DNA of 64,000 bases from Candidatus Acidiferrum sp. (lineage in GTDB: Bacteria; Acidobacteriota; Terriglobia; Acidiferrales; UBA7541): assembly GCA_036513675.1 (NCBI GenBank), contig DATBYP010000183.1:26447-90446 (forward strand), in the 5' to 3' direction. Made by a program: the position numbers and the translations under genes. Each line of letters starts with the position of its first letter. Within the stretch, counting starts at the first letter, position 1. This document shows positions 38,801 to 47,052 of this stretch, one piece after another. Under the pieces are notes generated by a model. It did not search any database. It was not told the origin of the DNA and saw only the letters and a list, made by a program, of their open reading frames with translations.

Positions 38801-40938
38801 AAAAGGTCGGCGCAAATCTCAATTTCCCCGGTCTGCAAGTGGAAGTCGACCCCAATCCCAAGGCAGCAGTAAATTTCGATCTGTTTGTCAATATCGTCGA
38901 ATCCGACCGCGGCCTTGTAATCGACTGCGACTACAACTCCGATCTCTTTGACCGCGAGACGATCGCGCGCTGGCTCACGCATTTCGAAACTCTGTTAAAG
39001 GGCCTGGCTGCCAATATCCAACAAGAAGTCGATCGACTCCCACTCCTGAACGATGCCGAGCTTCGGCAGATCCTTCACGACTGGAATGCCACACACAGTG
39101 ACTATCCTCGCGACAAATGCGTCCACGAACTCATCGAGGAGCAGGCCGCGCGCAATCCTGACGCCGTCGCCATCTCATTTGAGGGATCCACTCTCACCTA
39201 TGCCCAGCTCGACAAGCGCGCTAATCAACTCGCCAGGCACTTGATTAAGATCGGCGTTGAGCCGGGTTCCTTGGTTGGCATTGCGCTCGATCGCTCCCTC
39301 GACCTGCTGGTGGGTTTACTCGCTATTTGGAAAGCAGGTGCTGCCTATCTCCCTCTCGACGCAGCATACCCTCGCGACCGCATCGCATTCGTCATGGAAG
39401 AGACCTCCTTAGCCACTCTGCTGACCCATTCAAAGCTGCTTCCGAATCTTCCAATCTTTGATACTCGCCCGATCTGCCTTGATCGTGATTGGGTTCTCAT
39501 TGAGCGTGAACGGGAGACGTGCCCTGCCATCAACCTTGAACCGTCGTCCGTCGCCTACACAATCTACACTTCCGGATCCACTGGGAAACCGAAGGGCGTT
39601 GAAGTTACCCACCGCAATGTCGTCAACTTACTTTGGTCCATGCGCCAGACGCCTGGGCTCCACGATCGCGACCGCCTGCTCGCGGTCACAACACTGTCCT
39701 TCGACATCGCGGCTCTAGAGCTCTTTCTTCCGCTCGTCGCTGGCGCTCAAGTCATTCTCGCAAGCCGCGAGACAGCGCAAGACCCACGTCTATTGATCCA
39801 GTTATTGAACAAATCGAAGCCCACGGTAATGCAAGCGACACCGGCCACCTGGCGCTTGCTGCTCGAAGTCGGTTGGCCAGGCTTCCCCGGATTAAGAATG
39901 CTATGCGGCGGTGAAGCCCTGCCGCGAAAACTTGCCGATCAACTGTTGCAGCGCGGCGAGCTCTGGAACATGTACGGCCCGACCGAAACAACGATCTGGT
40001 CCGCAACCTCCCGCGTCGAAGCAGGCGAGGGCCCCGTCACCATCGGCCCTCCGATACACAACACCCGCTTCTACGTCCTCGACGGCAAGCAGCAACCCAC
40101 CCCCATCGGCGTCCCCGGGGAGCTCCACATCGGCGGAGACGGCGTAGCCAAGCGTTACTTCAGAAATGCACAACTTACCGCGGAACGCTTCATCCATAAT
40201 CCTGCTACCCAAGAATCTGGCGACCGTCTCTATAAGACGGGCGATTTGGTTCGTTATCGGCCAGATGGAAAGCTTGAATTCTTGGGCCGTCTGGACAATC
40301 AAGTCAAAATTCGCGGGTTCCGCATCGAACTCGGCGAAATAGAGTCGGTCCTCGCCCGCAATCCGGACATACGTGAATGCGTCGTCGCTGCACAAGAAGA
40401 CGAACCCGGCAGTAATCGCCTCGTAGCCTATTGTGTACCGCAGGAATCGCGAGAGTGTTCGTCTGAAGATCTACGTACCTGGGTCGCTGCTTCTCTTCCG
40501 GAGTACATGATCCCTTCGGTCTTCGTCCTTATGCCCGCTTTACCGCATACACCCAACGGAAAAGTTGATCGCAAAGCCTTGGTGCCCTTGGATGCGCTGA
40601 GCCTTCCGGAGCAAAAACTCTTTGTCGCCCCGCGCAACGCCGCGGAAGCAAAGCTCGCCGCCGTCTGTGCTGAGGTTCTGCACCTTGACCGTGTGAGCGT
40701 GCACGACAGTCTGTTTGATCTCGGCGCGGACTCCATTCACCTTTTCCAGATCATTGCCCGCGCAGCGCACGTCGGCATCACCCTTGCGCCCCAGCAAATC
40801 CTTCGACTGCGAACCGTTGCGGCCCTCGCCGCCGAAGCCAACGCCGCCGCCAATGGCGGCAGCAAACGCAAGCTCGAAAAGATCGCGCGCGTTCCCCGCG
40901 AGCAGTACCAGCTCGACGCCACGCCTCAGGCCACGTGA
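32842..40938 (+). CDS. Hybrid PKS-NRPS: KS-AT(malonyl)-ACP-class III aminotransferase-C-A(Gly)-PCP
   Basis: KS AGCSTS/HGTGT/GHL; AT GHSVG and HAFHS; ACP GFDSL; aminotransferase FDEVVTGFR..YGK; C HHIVCDG; A code DILQLGMIWK; PCP GADSI; no TE or reductase domain. Confidence 0.93.
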   Translation: MSRIDSPPPLEGVAIIGMAGRFPGARSVAEFWRNQLEGVEAISHFTVEELEVPRAREVSERPTYVRARSILADVELFDAEFFGIYPREAELMDPQHRLFLECCWQALEDAAYDPFTYPGSIGVHAGCSMPTYFLSRLCTNDDFIQKFTGGYQVRNYLEMLGNSLDFLSTRVSYKLNLRGPSFTLQAGCSTSLVAVCQAFQSLMTYQSDMALAGGCSITLPQKRGTEYQEGGMTSPDGHCRAFDAGAKGTVFGSGVGVVLLKRMEDAVRDGDQIYAVIRGCALNNDGSSKVGFTAPSIDGQSRVIAMALEAAGVSPDSIGYIEAHGTGTPLGDPIELAALTQAFRAKASAKQFCAIGTAKTNVGHLDVAAGVTGLINATNILRHGILPPTLHFQEPNPTFDLGNSPFYVNAKRTEWKQQELPRRAGVSAFGVGGTNAHVILEEPPARPSIDSARPAQLLLLSARSEQALEKATDNLAEHLRAQQGPHLADVAWTLQVGRRRFPYRRTAVVHDIPDAIQALSQRDPKRVQARSSSNDSAAVYFLFPGQGSQHPNMGRQVYESEPVFRQWVQRCCEILRPHLAEDLLPLLYPSHEVSESESRGLTETALAQPAIFTVEYALAQLWISWGIQPQGMLGHSVGEFVAACFAGVFPLEDALALIASRGRMMQKIAPGGMLSVRLPESEVRARLNGHLAIAAVNAPSLCVVAGPFDALDGLESQLNNEGVATRRLVTSHAFHSPMMDPILDQFSSRVVQTPLRPPQIPFVSCVSGTWINEREATDPSYWARHLRAPVQFSAGVKELLKRSGAVLLEVGPGNVLSTLARQHVPRQNGNARDSAQDAVTIVSSFGDATSGESSSLHLLNAVGSLWAAGLQPKWEALHAGEHRRRVSLPTYPFERKKFWLEALASQTQAPSEMNPIPATEATGSDMSFEETQSVTHNSQGPTLDQPPAADRAAVISTIVSEIFTDLSGVQIQSSDASSTFLEMGFDSLFLTQVTQALQNKFGLKITFRQLLGDESSLKSLTEFIDAHLPADAFAPKAVPARREVEPEPAATSTTPQLRTQPPAPADNASSTTGAAVERLMHEQMQAMNQLFAKQLDALRGTSVESPAKPQNALPQTTPTSVAKVAPSSTPSAAAPQETREFKPFGPYKPPQKGTSAQLTERQQQHIRELVERCTKRTPKSKSMTQQYRARLADPRVVSGFRTQWKEMVYPILTVRSKGSHLWDVDGNEYIDILNGFGPIMLGHRPDFVERAIEQQLREGFEIGPQTPLAGQIAEMFCEMTGNERMTFCNTGSEAVIAALRVARTATGRSKVVLFAGSYHGMFDEVLVKGVKGSDTPRSLPIAPGIPRESVGNVVVLDYGTPESLEWIRTHARELAAVLVEPVQSRHPNLQPREFLCEIRQITQDSGAALIFDEVVTGFRVHPGGCQALFNIRADLATYGKVLAGGLPIGVLAGKSQFMDALDGGTWQFGDDSYPSVGVTFFAGTFHRHPLTLAAVKAVLEHFRQQGPQLQQELSAKTSSLVGALNSLFEKASVPSRIETFGSIFYFSFPTDFPLGSLLHYHLREKGVYILEGFPCFLTTAHSDADIAKIVRAFDQSIAEMQAAGILPERSGLTAVENEKRSSVTPAASPAVQDPAPSIEVPLTEAQMEIWLSAQLGDDASCAFNESFTLLMRGRLDTQALRDSLRDLVNRHQALRATIIPERNSLRFSGPGKFSVAFEDLSSASESQRATALQKAKQEEASTPFDLINGPVIRLRLFRLEPQVHTLIVTSHHIVCDGWSTNVLLNELSTLYTARRAATSPALPSALQFSEYAKQQSQNKDDKEVAAYWRQRFEQTPPVLELPTDRPRPGVKSFKGATYRTQIDAAIYKQIRQAGAKQGCTLFATLLTGFASLLHRLTTQTDIVIGIPTAGQSLLDNGNLVGHCVNFLPIRVDLFEGQSAAELLQQVKRTLLDAQDHQSYTYGTLVRNLKLRRDPSRLPLVEVQFNLEKVGANLNFPGLQVEVDPNPKAAVNFDLFVNIVESDRGLVIDCDYNSDLFDRETIARWLTHFETLLKGLAANIQQEVDRLPLLNDAELRQILHDWNATHSDYPRDKCVHELIEEQAARNPDAVAISFEGSTLTYAQLDKRANQLARHLIKIGVEPGSLVGIALDRSLDLLVGLLAIWKAGAAYLPLDAAYPRDRIAFVMEETSLATLLTHSKLLPNLPIFDTRPICLDRDWVLIERERETCPAINLEPSSVAYTIYTSGSTGKPKGVEVTHRNVVNLLWSMRQTPGLHDRDRLLAVTTLSFDIAALELFLPLVAGAQVILASRETAQDPRLLIQLLNKSKPTVMQATPATWRLLLEVGWPGFPGLRMLCGGEALPRKLADQLLQRGELWNMYGPTETTIWSATSRVEAGEGPVTIGPPIHNTRFYVLDGKQQPTPIGVPGELHIGGDGVAKRYFRNAQLTAERFIHNPATQESGDRLYKTGDLVRYRPDGKLEFLGRLDNQVKIRGFRIELGEIESVLARNPDIRECVVAAQEDEPGSNRLVAYCVPQESRECSSEDLRTWVAASLPEYMIPSVFVLMPALPHTPNGKVDRKALVPLDALSLPEQKLFVAPRNAAEAKLAAVCAEVLHLDRVSVHDSLFDLGADSIHLFQIIARAAHVGITLAPQQILRLRTVAALAAEANAAANGGSKRKLEKIARVPREQYQLDATPQAT

Positions 40939-40939
40939 T

Positions 40940-42487
40940 ATGAACGCTAGAGGCAAGCTCCGCACTACTTCGTCGCCCGCTGCGACAACCGTCGGCTCAT
41001 TGGGCGAGCCCCTATACCGTTTCCCCACAAGCCTGGCGCAACAATCCTTTTGGTATCTCGACCGCCTCGAACCCGGCAATCCCTGCTGGAACATCGCCGT
41101 GCGCTTCCGCATGATTGGCCCCCTCGATCTTTCCATTCTGGAGCGGTCCCTTAACGAAATCATTCGCCGACACGAAATTCTTCGCACCAGCTTTGCCCTC
41201 ATCGAGGGCACTCTGGTCCAAATCGTTCACGCTGAGGCAATGGTCTTTTTGCCCGTAGATGACTTGAGTCATCGGCCCACTCCCGCTCGCGACGCCGAGG
41301 AGGAACGGGTTACCATCGCCGAAGCTGCTCTGCCCTTCGATCTGAAGACCGGCCCCCTCCTCCGAACTCGCCTCCTAAAGCTCGCTGAGCAAGACCACAT
41401 GTTGTTGATCACCGTGCACCATATCGTCTCCGACGGCTGGTCGATCGGCATCTTCAGCGATGAGGTCGCCGCGCACTATGAAGCGCTGTCCTCCGGAAAC
41501 CAAGCAACGGCACCCGACCTCCCGCTGCAATATGCCGATTATGCGATCTGGAAGAATGAGCAGAGTGAGAGCTCGGAGGGCTCGCAGCACCGTTCCTATT
41601 GGCAAACGAAACTAGCCGATCTGCCGGCCTGCGAGATACCGCCAGACCATCCCCGCCCGTCCACCAAGACCCACTGCTCGTACATTCTTTCGCTCGTGCT
41701 ACCAGTTTCACTCACCGATTCACTAACCGCATTGGCCCGAAAGCACGGTTGCACGCTCTACACGCTCTCTCTTGCCGCGTTAAAAATGCTCATCGCGCAC
41801 TATACCCATCAGGACGATGTTTATGTAGGTACGCTCTTGGCCGGTCGCGATCGCGTAGAACTGGAGCCGCTCATCGGCGTCTTCATCAATACAATTATTT
41901 TGCGCACCGATCTGTCCGGCGACCCTACCTTTTCCGAGCTGCTTGAGCGTGTGCAACGCTCTGTCGAGGAAGGCATGGCGCACCAAGACCTTCAGTTCCA
42001 GCAAGTCGTCGAAGCATTGCGCCTGAAGCGCGATCCCAATCGGCCCACCGTCTACAGCATCAACTTCATCTATCAGCGCGACTTCGTTAAGCCTCTTGAG
42101 TTTGCTGGGCTATCCATGACTCCCGTCCCATCCAAGTCACCCGGCGCCATTTACGATCTGAACTTTTTCATGGTGCAACGTTCCGATGGTTGGCGTCTCT
42201 CCTGCGAATACGACTGCGACATGTACGACGCAGCCACTGTAAATCGCATGATTGCTCAGCTCCGTCACCTGCTCACCGAAATCGCCGCAAACCCCGCTCG
42301 CAAGATATCGGAGTACGAATTCCCAGACGAGGCTGGCGACCCTCTCCCGGCCTTTGTGCCTCGCGCCAATCTCGCACCTCCGCCGTCGAACGAGCGGCTC
42401 TCGCGCATGGGAGAGCGCCCCAATACTGGCGGTCTCGTCGTCAAAAAAATTCTTAGTCGCGTCTATACGCACTTAGGAAAAATATAA
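40940..42487 (+). CDS. Free-standing condensation domain protein
   Basis: SLAQQSFW, RHEILRT, HHIVSDGWS and IGVFINT motifs; no A or PCP domain; ATG 1 nt after the PKS-NRPS stop. Confidence 0.9.
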   Translation: MNARGKLRTTSSPAATTVGSLGEPLYRFPTSLAQQSFWYLDRLEPGNPCWNIAVRFRMIGPLDLSILERSLNEIIRRHEILRTSFALIEGTLVQIVHAEAMVFLPVDDLSHRPTPARDAEEERVTIAEAALPFDLKTGPLLRTRLLKLAEQDHMLLITVHHIVSDGWSIGIFSDEVAAHYEALSSGNQATAPDLPLQYADYAIWKNEQSESSEGSQHRSYWQTKLADLPACEIPPDHPRPSTKTHCSYILSLVLPVSLTDSLTALARKHGCTLYTLSLAALKMLIAHYTHQDDVYVGTLLAGRDRVELEPLIGVFINTIILRTDLSGDPTFSELLERVQRSVEEGMAHQDLQFQQVVEALRLKRDPNRPTVYSINFIYQRDFVKPLEFAGLSMTPVPSKSPGAIYDLNFFMVQRSDGWRLSCEYDCDMYDAATVNRMIAQLRHLLTEIAANPARKISEYEFPDEAGDPLPAFVPRANLAPPPSNERLSRMGERPNTGGLVVKKILSRVYTHLGKI

Positions 42488-42567
42488 TTCAAACCTCTAC
42501 AGCCATTCCCGATCTGCCGGAACAAGCTGCAAACGAATCTGCGCCGCGCGCCATCGAAAAAGCGGCC

Positions 42568-43416
42568 ATGCCTCGCCCTTCTCTTCTCTTGCGTCTTCGC
42601 ATCTTCCAGATTCGCGCGCTGGCTTCATTTCTCAATTCCCTGGGCAGCCTTTCGGTCGGCCGGCGATTCATTACCCGCCTACGATCCAACCGCGCGACTC
42701 GAGCTCCGCTGGATGCGTGCCTCGGCTTCCGGCGCGTTTTCCCCTCGTTCACAGTGGCACAAGCCTGCGCATCGAACTACATTCCTGCCGGGCATGAGCA
42801 TCCGGACGAAATCCGCTTTCACACTTCAATCGCTGAGACCGTGCGCGAAAGCGACTATCCTGTCCTCTTCTATCTCGCCCCGCTTGCCCCTGAACTGCGG
42901 CAAGTCTTCGATCTCGGCGGCAATGTAGGGAACCTGTTCTATTCCTACCAAACCAAAATAGATTTCCCCCCCGCGCTTCTTTGGACCGTCTATGACTTGC
43001 CGAGTAAGAAGCCGCTCGGCGAAAAACTCGCGTCCGAGCGCGCCGAAACCCGTATCCGCTTCGCGGATACTCTCGCCGAAGCGAGCGGCTCCGATGTATT
43101 TGTCGCTTCAGGCTCACTCCATTATTTCGAAAAACCCCTTCATGAAATCCTCCGCTCGCTCGAAGACCCTCCGAAGCACGTCTTCGTCAATCGCACGCCC
43201 CTTTCTATCGGCCCAGACTTCATCACCGTTCAAGACAACCGCTCCTATCTCGTTCCCTGCAAACTGCACAACCGCACGACACTCATCACCGGGATGCAAG
43301 CTCTCGGTTACACGCTACAGTCCGAGTGGCCCGTGCACGAGCGACGCTTGCCGGTTCCGACACACCCAGACCTCTGCACACGAACCTACTCGGGTTTCTA
43401 TTTTCGGAAGAAATAA
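42568..43416 (+). CDS. Putative SAM methyltransferase (resembles the TIGR04325/LIC12133 family)
   Basis: DYPVLFYL, VFDLGGNVG, WTVYDLP and ASGSLHY motifs. Confidence 0.7.
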   Translation: MPRPSLLLRLRIFQIRALASFLNSLGSLSVGRRFITRLRSNRATRAPLDACLGFRRVFPSFTVAQACASNYIPAGHEHPDEIRFHTSIAETVRESDYPVLFYLAPLAPELRQVFDLGGNVGNLFYSYQTKIDFPPALLWTVYDLPSKKPLGEKLASERAETRIRFADTLAEASGSDVFVASGSLHYFEKPLHEILRSLEDPPKHVFVNRTPLSIGPDFITVQDNRSYLVPCKLHNRTTLITGMQALGYTLQSEWPVHERRLPVPTHPDLCTRTYSGFYFRKK

Positions 43417-43444
43417 GACGCTGCGGGGTTCCGCCGCGTGCTTG

Positions 43445-44356
43445 TCAAGCCCAGGGCTTTCTACCCCGCGCGATGTTTTTCGCCCATACCATCGGCAAAA
43501 CTACCACGCTCTTCACCTTGTCCATGGCTGGCGAAGCACCCGGCGGCGTTGGTTGAAGACCCATCCTCCGGAGGAGAAAATTCAGGCGATACAAATTCGC
43601 CCGCATCGTGTCCCGGTATTGGAAGTTGACGTTCAACGAAATCGAGATGTTGTCCCCGTTCTGCACCCAATGCGGCGCGTTCACCGGAATGTGGACTCCA
43701 ATTCCGGGCCGCATCTCGTATACCGTTGCGTGATTCTGCAATTCGGGTTTGTAGCGCGGTGCATTGTGATCCACGGACCAAAAGCGCTCGATTTCTTCCT
43801 CGGAAAGCACCTCGCGATCATTTCGATCGAAAATGCTGATATGTTTGTCGCCCTGGATCTGCAACAACAAACTGCATTCACGGTCGATATGATATGTCGT
43901 GACTCGCTTCGGCGAAGTAATGAACAAAATCACTTCTTGAACCTTCATTACCCGGTCCAGGTTTAAACCCGTGAACTCCTGCAATTCCGCCATGCACTCC
44001 TTCAACACCGCCGCATATTCTGCGTTCTTGTCGGCTCGTTTCAGCACGATCCACGCCCCGCAATGCTCAATCCTCTGAATTGCATCGCGTGCGCTGAACT
44101 CCGGCTTCGGAGTCCGATCCCACCGCTGGTTCACGTCGATCGTTCCCGCGTCGTAGTAAAGATCTGCAGGCCGCGTGTTTTGTGTCTCTTGCGCCAGCTC
44201 CATCAGCCGGCCCAGCTCGAAAACCGGGTGCCCGGCTAATTTGTGTCGGAAGGCAAAGCTGTACTCGTCGAATTTCGTCCGAAATTCGTTATTCCGTTCG
44301 ATAAGATTGGTTCCGAGTAGCAACTGCTCCGGAATGGACCGCAAAGCTGTCGCCAT
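43445..44356 (-). CDS. Cupin/JmjC-like Fe(II)-2OG oxygenase
   Basis: YHIDRE (HxD), QIQGDK and HIPVNAPHWVQNG distal His; start set at MATALRS. Confidence 0.75.
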   Translation of the reverse strand: MATALRSIPEQLLLGTNLIERNNEFRTKFDEYSFAFRHKLAGHPVFELGRLMELAQETQNTRPADLYYDAGTIDVNQRWDRTPKPEFSARDAIQRIEHCGAWIVLKRADKNAEYAAVLKECMAELQEFTGLNLDRVMKVQEVILFITSPKRVTTYHIDRECSLLLQIQGDKHISIFDRNDREVLSEEEIERFWSVDHNAPRYKPELQNHATVYEMRPGIGVHIPVNAPHWVQNGDNISISLNVNFQYRDTMRANLYRLNFLLRRMGLQPTPPGASPAMDKVKSVVVLPMVWAKNIARGRKPWA

Positions 44357-44516
44357 AGCCACACCAACTCCCCTGCATTCGAGAAGCAAAATGCAAATCG
44401 CGTTGAACATAGGGGCGATTAGGCTGAATTGCAATCGGGTAAGTCATCTACTTCCGGGAATTTGCGGTGCAAACCGGCACGTGCGGAGCTAAAATCCGCC
44501 CCGGTAGATCTACCGC

Positions 44517-45548
44517 CTATCCCACTGGAACGGTTGCGCTTATTTGCGGCGAATATTCGCTCTCAACTTGATCGGCGTCCAACGAGGTCACTACATAATA
44601 GTAGGTATGTCCGGCCGCCAGCCCCGTATCAACATATTCGGCAGATGGCACGGCTGGGGAAATCCGGACGTATGGACCCGCGGATTCCGCGGACCGGTAA
44701 ACAACATACCCAGCGACGCTGGCTGGACTTTCCTCCCAATTGAGCTTCACTGCGCTTTGCGACGATGGCGCGCCCGTCGCCGTTAGTGGAATCGTCAGTA
44801 ATGAACCACCATCGCCGCTGGCGACCGTTAAGGTCCCGGTTTGACGCCGAGCGCTTTTCGGTGAGAAGTCCACTTCCAGGCTAACATTCTGTCCGGGACT
44901 CAAGTTCACGGCGGTCGCCCCAGACAGACTGAAATTCCGACCTGAAACCGATATCCCGCCAATCCTCAGATCGCGATTTCCCGAATTTGTCAGCAACACT
45001 TCCTTCTTGCCTGAATTTCCTACGGCGACATCTCCAAAATCAATCCCGGCGTCACTCGCCGTCAGCTCGCTCTGCGACCTCGCCGTCGAGGCTTTCACTT
45101 GGAGTACGAGCGGGGCATCATTAGAACTCGTCAAAATGGAGATCTGGCCTTCCGCCGTGCCCTCGGCCTTTCCTCGAAACGCGATCGTGAAGCTTTCGCT
45201 GGTCCCGTGCGCCACAACGACCGGCAGCAGAATCCCGGCAATTCGGAAGTCCTTACTCGAGGTCGTGATTCTCTTGATCTGGAGCGTGCCCTCGGCTAGG
45301 TTCTTGAGCCGCACCGTCTGCGTATATGTGTCGCCCGCAGGTACATTTACGAAGGTAACCTCCTCTGGAGTCACTTCCATCAGAGCCGGTGGCGTGGCGA
45401 CGGGAGCGGTCGCGGTCGCAGCCGCGCCGCTTGTCGCCGCTCGCATGCCCTTTGTGTGAATCGTCAGCAAGGAAAAAATCGAAAGGAAAAGAAACGCGCT
45501 GAATAAGGTCCTCGAATTCAGACACTTACAGAAACGACCTCCGACCAT
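44517..45548 (-). CDS. Exported protein with two ASH/choice-of-anchor-D Ig-like domains and a C-terminal Fn3-like domain
   Basis: N-terminal hydrophobic segment, DFGDV..LTNSG..F.P repeats and LNW..GYVVYRS..Y.D..TYYYVVT..ES.YS. Confidence 0.75.
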   Translation of the reverse strand: MVGGRFCKCLNSRTLFSAFLFLSIFSLLTIHTKGMRAATSGAAATATAPVATPPALMEVTPEEVTFVNVPAGDTYTQTVRLKNLAEGTLQIKRITTSSKDFRIAGILLPVVVAHGTSESFTIAFRGKAEGTAEGQISILTSSNDAPLVLQVKASTARSQSELTASDAGIDFGDVAVGNSGKKEVLLTNSGNRDLRIGGISVSGRNFSLSGATAVNLSPGQNVSLEVDFSPKSARRQTGTLTVASGDGGSLLTIPLTATGAPSSQSAVKLNWEESPASVAGYVVYRSAESAGPYVRISPAVPSAEYVDTGLAAGHTYYYVVTSLDADQVESEYSPQISATVPVG

Positions 45549-45769
45549 GCCTGCCCCCTTAACCGCTTGCCCGCCTCACAAAGTGGTCGGATTCTTACTC
45601 AAGGCGCTCTCGGAGGCTACTGGTCAGGAGTTCACAAAGGGGACAGGTTAAGGCCTTGTACAGTATTCTCCCTAGGCCAAAGTACAGGATTAACCCTATA
45701 GGCCCGGTGAAGGCAAAGCCTTGGGCGATGTCGCGTCACGGAAATTCTTACAGACCGTGACGACGAAGC

Positions 45770-46837
45770 TCACGGAATTGTGGCCAGCACGGGATCCGAA
45801 TAGTCGCTTTCCACGTTGTCGGCATCGACTGCGGTCACGACGTATGTGTAAGTCTGCCCACTTTGGATATTCGCGTCCGTATAGCCCGTCAGCACCACTG
45901 GAGCGGAGTTGATCTTTGCGTACGTGCCATCCGCCGGAGCCCGGTAAACGTAATACCCAATCACGTCCGACGTGCTCGGGTCCCAATTCAACGCAACGGT
46001 ATGCGAACTCAACTGCCCCCCACTACCCGCCAGCGCAATGGCCACCCCTCCCGCGCTGCTGGTAACCGCGATGGACCCCACAACGCTCCCCGTCGCGGTC
46101 GGTGCAAACGTTGCATTTAGCGTTGCCGTTTGCCCCGGCACCAACGTCGTATTGGCGCCTGCGCCGCTCACATTGAATCCCGCACCGCTTACGATCACGT
46201 TGGAAATTATAACATTCGCATTCCCGCTATTTGTGAGTGTAGCGCCAAGCGAACTACTGCTCCCCACCACCACGCTTCCAAAATCCAAGCTGCTCGTGCT
46301 GGAAGTCAGCAGCGCGGTTGCTGCCGTGGAGCTGCCGCTCGTGAAAATTACCAGCGGAGAATTGGGTGCATTGCTCGTCAGCAAAATCGATCCTGTAACA
46401 TTCCCTGCGGAACTCGGCGTGAACATCACGTTAAACGTCGCGTTTTGGCCCGCTGCGATGCTCATCGGAAGTGTTAGACCCGACGTTCCAAAGCCGCTTC
46501 CCGTCACGCTCGCGCTGGAAATAGTCACGCTGCCAGTCCCGCCGTTCTGCAGTGTAATGGTTTGTGAGCCGCTTGCGCCGGTGGTGACCGTAGGAAAGCT
46601 GGCGCTCGTCGGTATCGCAGAAAGCTGTGGCTGTGGGGTATTGGTCGGGGATGGCGTGCCGGCTGCGGGAGTGCCATTGCTTCCCGAAGAGCTCGACCCC
46701 ATCACAACACCCGCGCAGCCGTTTCCGGCAAGCGCAGCGGCCAACACCAATGCCACCAGGCACTTTGACGCCTTGTTTTTGTCCGACCACTGCCCCGACT
46801 TCAGCCGCGACCCCAGATCCGACCGTTGTTCCCCCAT
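45770..46837 (-). CDS. Putative lipoprotein with two ASH Ig-like domains and a C-terminal Fn3-like domain (paralog of its neighbour)
   Basis: LAGNG-C lipobox-like site, LDFGSV..LTNSGN and LNWDPS..GYYVYR..TYTYVVTAVD..ESDYS. Confidence 0.75.
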   Translation of the reverse strand: MGEQRSDLGSRLKSGQWSDKNKASKCLVALVLAAALAGNGCAGVVMGSSSSGSNGTPAAGTPSPTNTPQPQLSAIPTSASFPTVTTGASGSQTITLQNGGTGSVTISSASVTGSGFGTSGLTLPMSIAAGQNATFNVMFTPSSAGNVTGSILLTSNAPNSPLVIFTSGSSTAATALLTSSTSSLDFGSVVVGSSSSLGATLTNSGNANVIISNVIVSGAGFNVSGAGANTTLVPGQTATLNATFAPTATGSVVGSIAVTSSAGGVAIALAGSGGQLSSHTVALNWDPSTSDVIGYYVYRAPADGTYAKINSAPVVLTGYTDANIQSGQTYTYVVTAVDADNVESDYSDPVLATIP

Positions 46838-47052
46838 AGTGCCGCAAGTCTAGAAACGCGTGCCACGGCGAACTACTGGTCGAATGGCCAGAGAAAGTGC
46901 GGACAGTTAACTAACCGGCGACATAGATTCCCCCGTATCGTGGTGATTTAGCGTGTTATTTCAAAGTCGATGACACCAATTAATAGGGAAATGCTGTATT
47001 GCTCCCGAGCAGCGACTTACCCTAGACTCCCACTACCTCGCCCAGCAGCGCT

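Noticed and set aside
44510-44517. Other GGCGGTAG cores (44510-44517, ~55597-55604, 38561-38568)
   Set aside because: They lack the nnTG ending or a NusG-paralog context, and an 8-mer is expected by chance in GC-rich DNA
45972-46853. 293 aa plus-strand ORF (similar cases at 16345-17079, 20133-20798 and 50105-50890)
   Set aside because: Antisense shadows of clear genes, with no independent motifs
46851-46865. sigma54 promoter TGGCACG upstream of the ASH lipoprotein
   Set aside because: The -12 TTGC element is not at the required spacing
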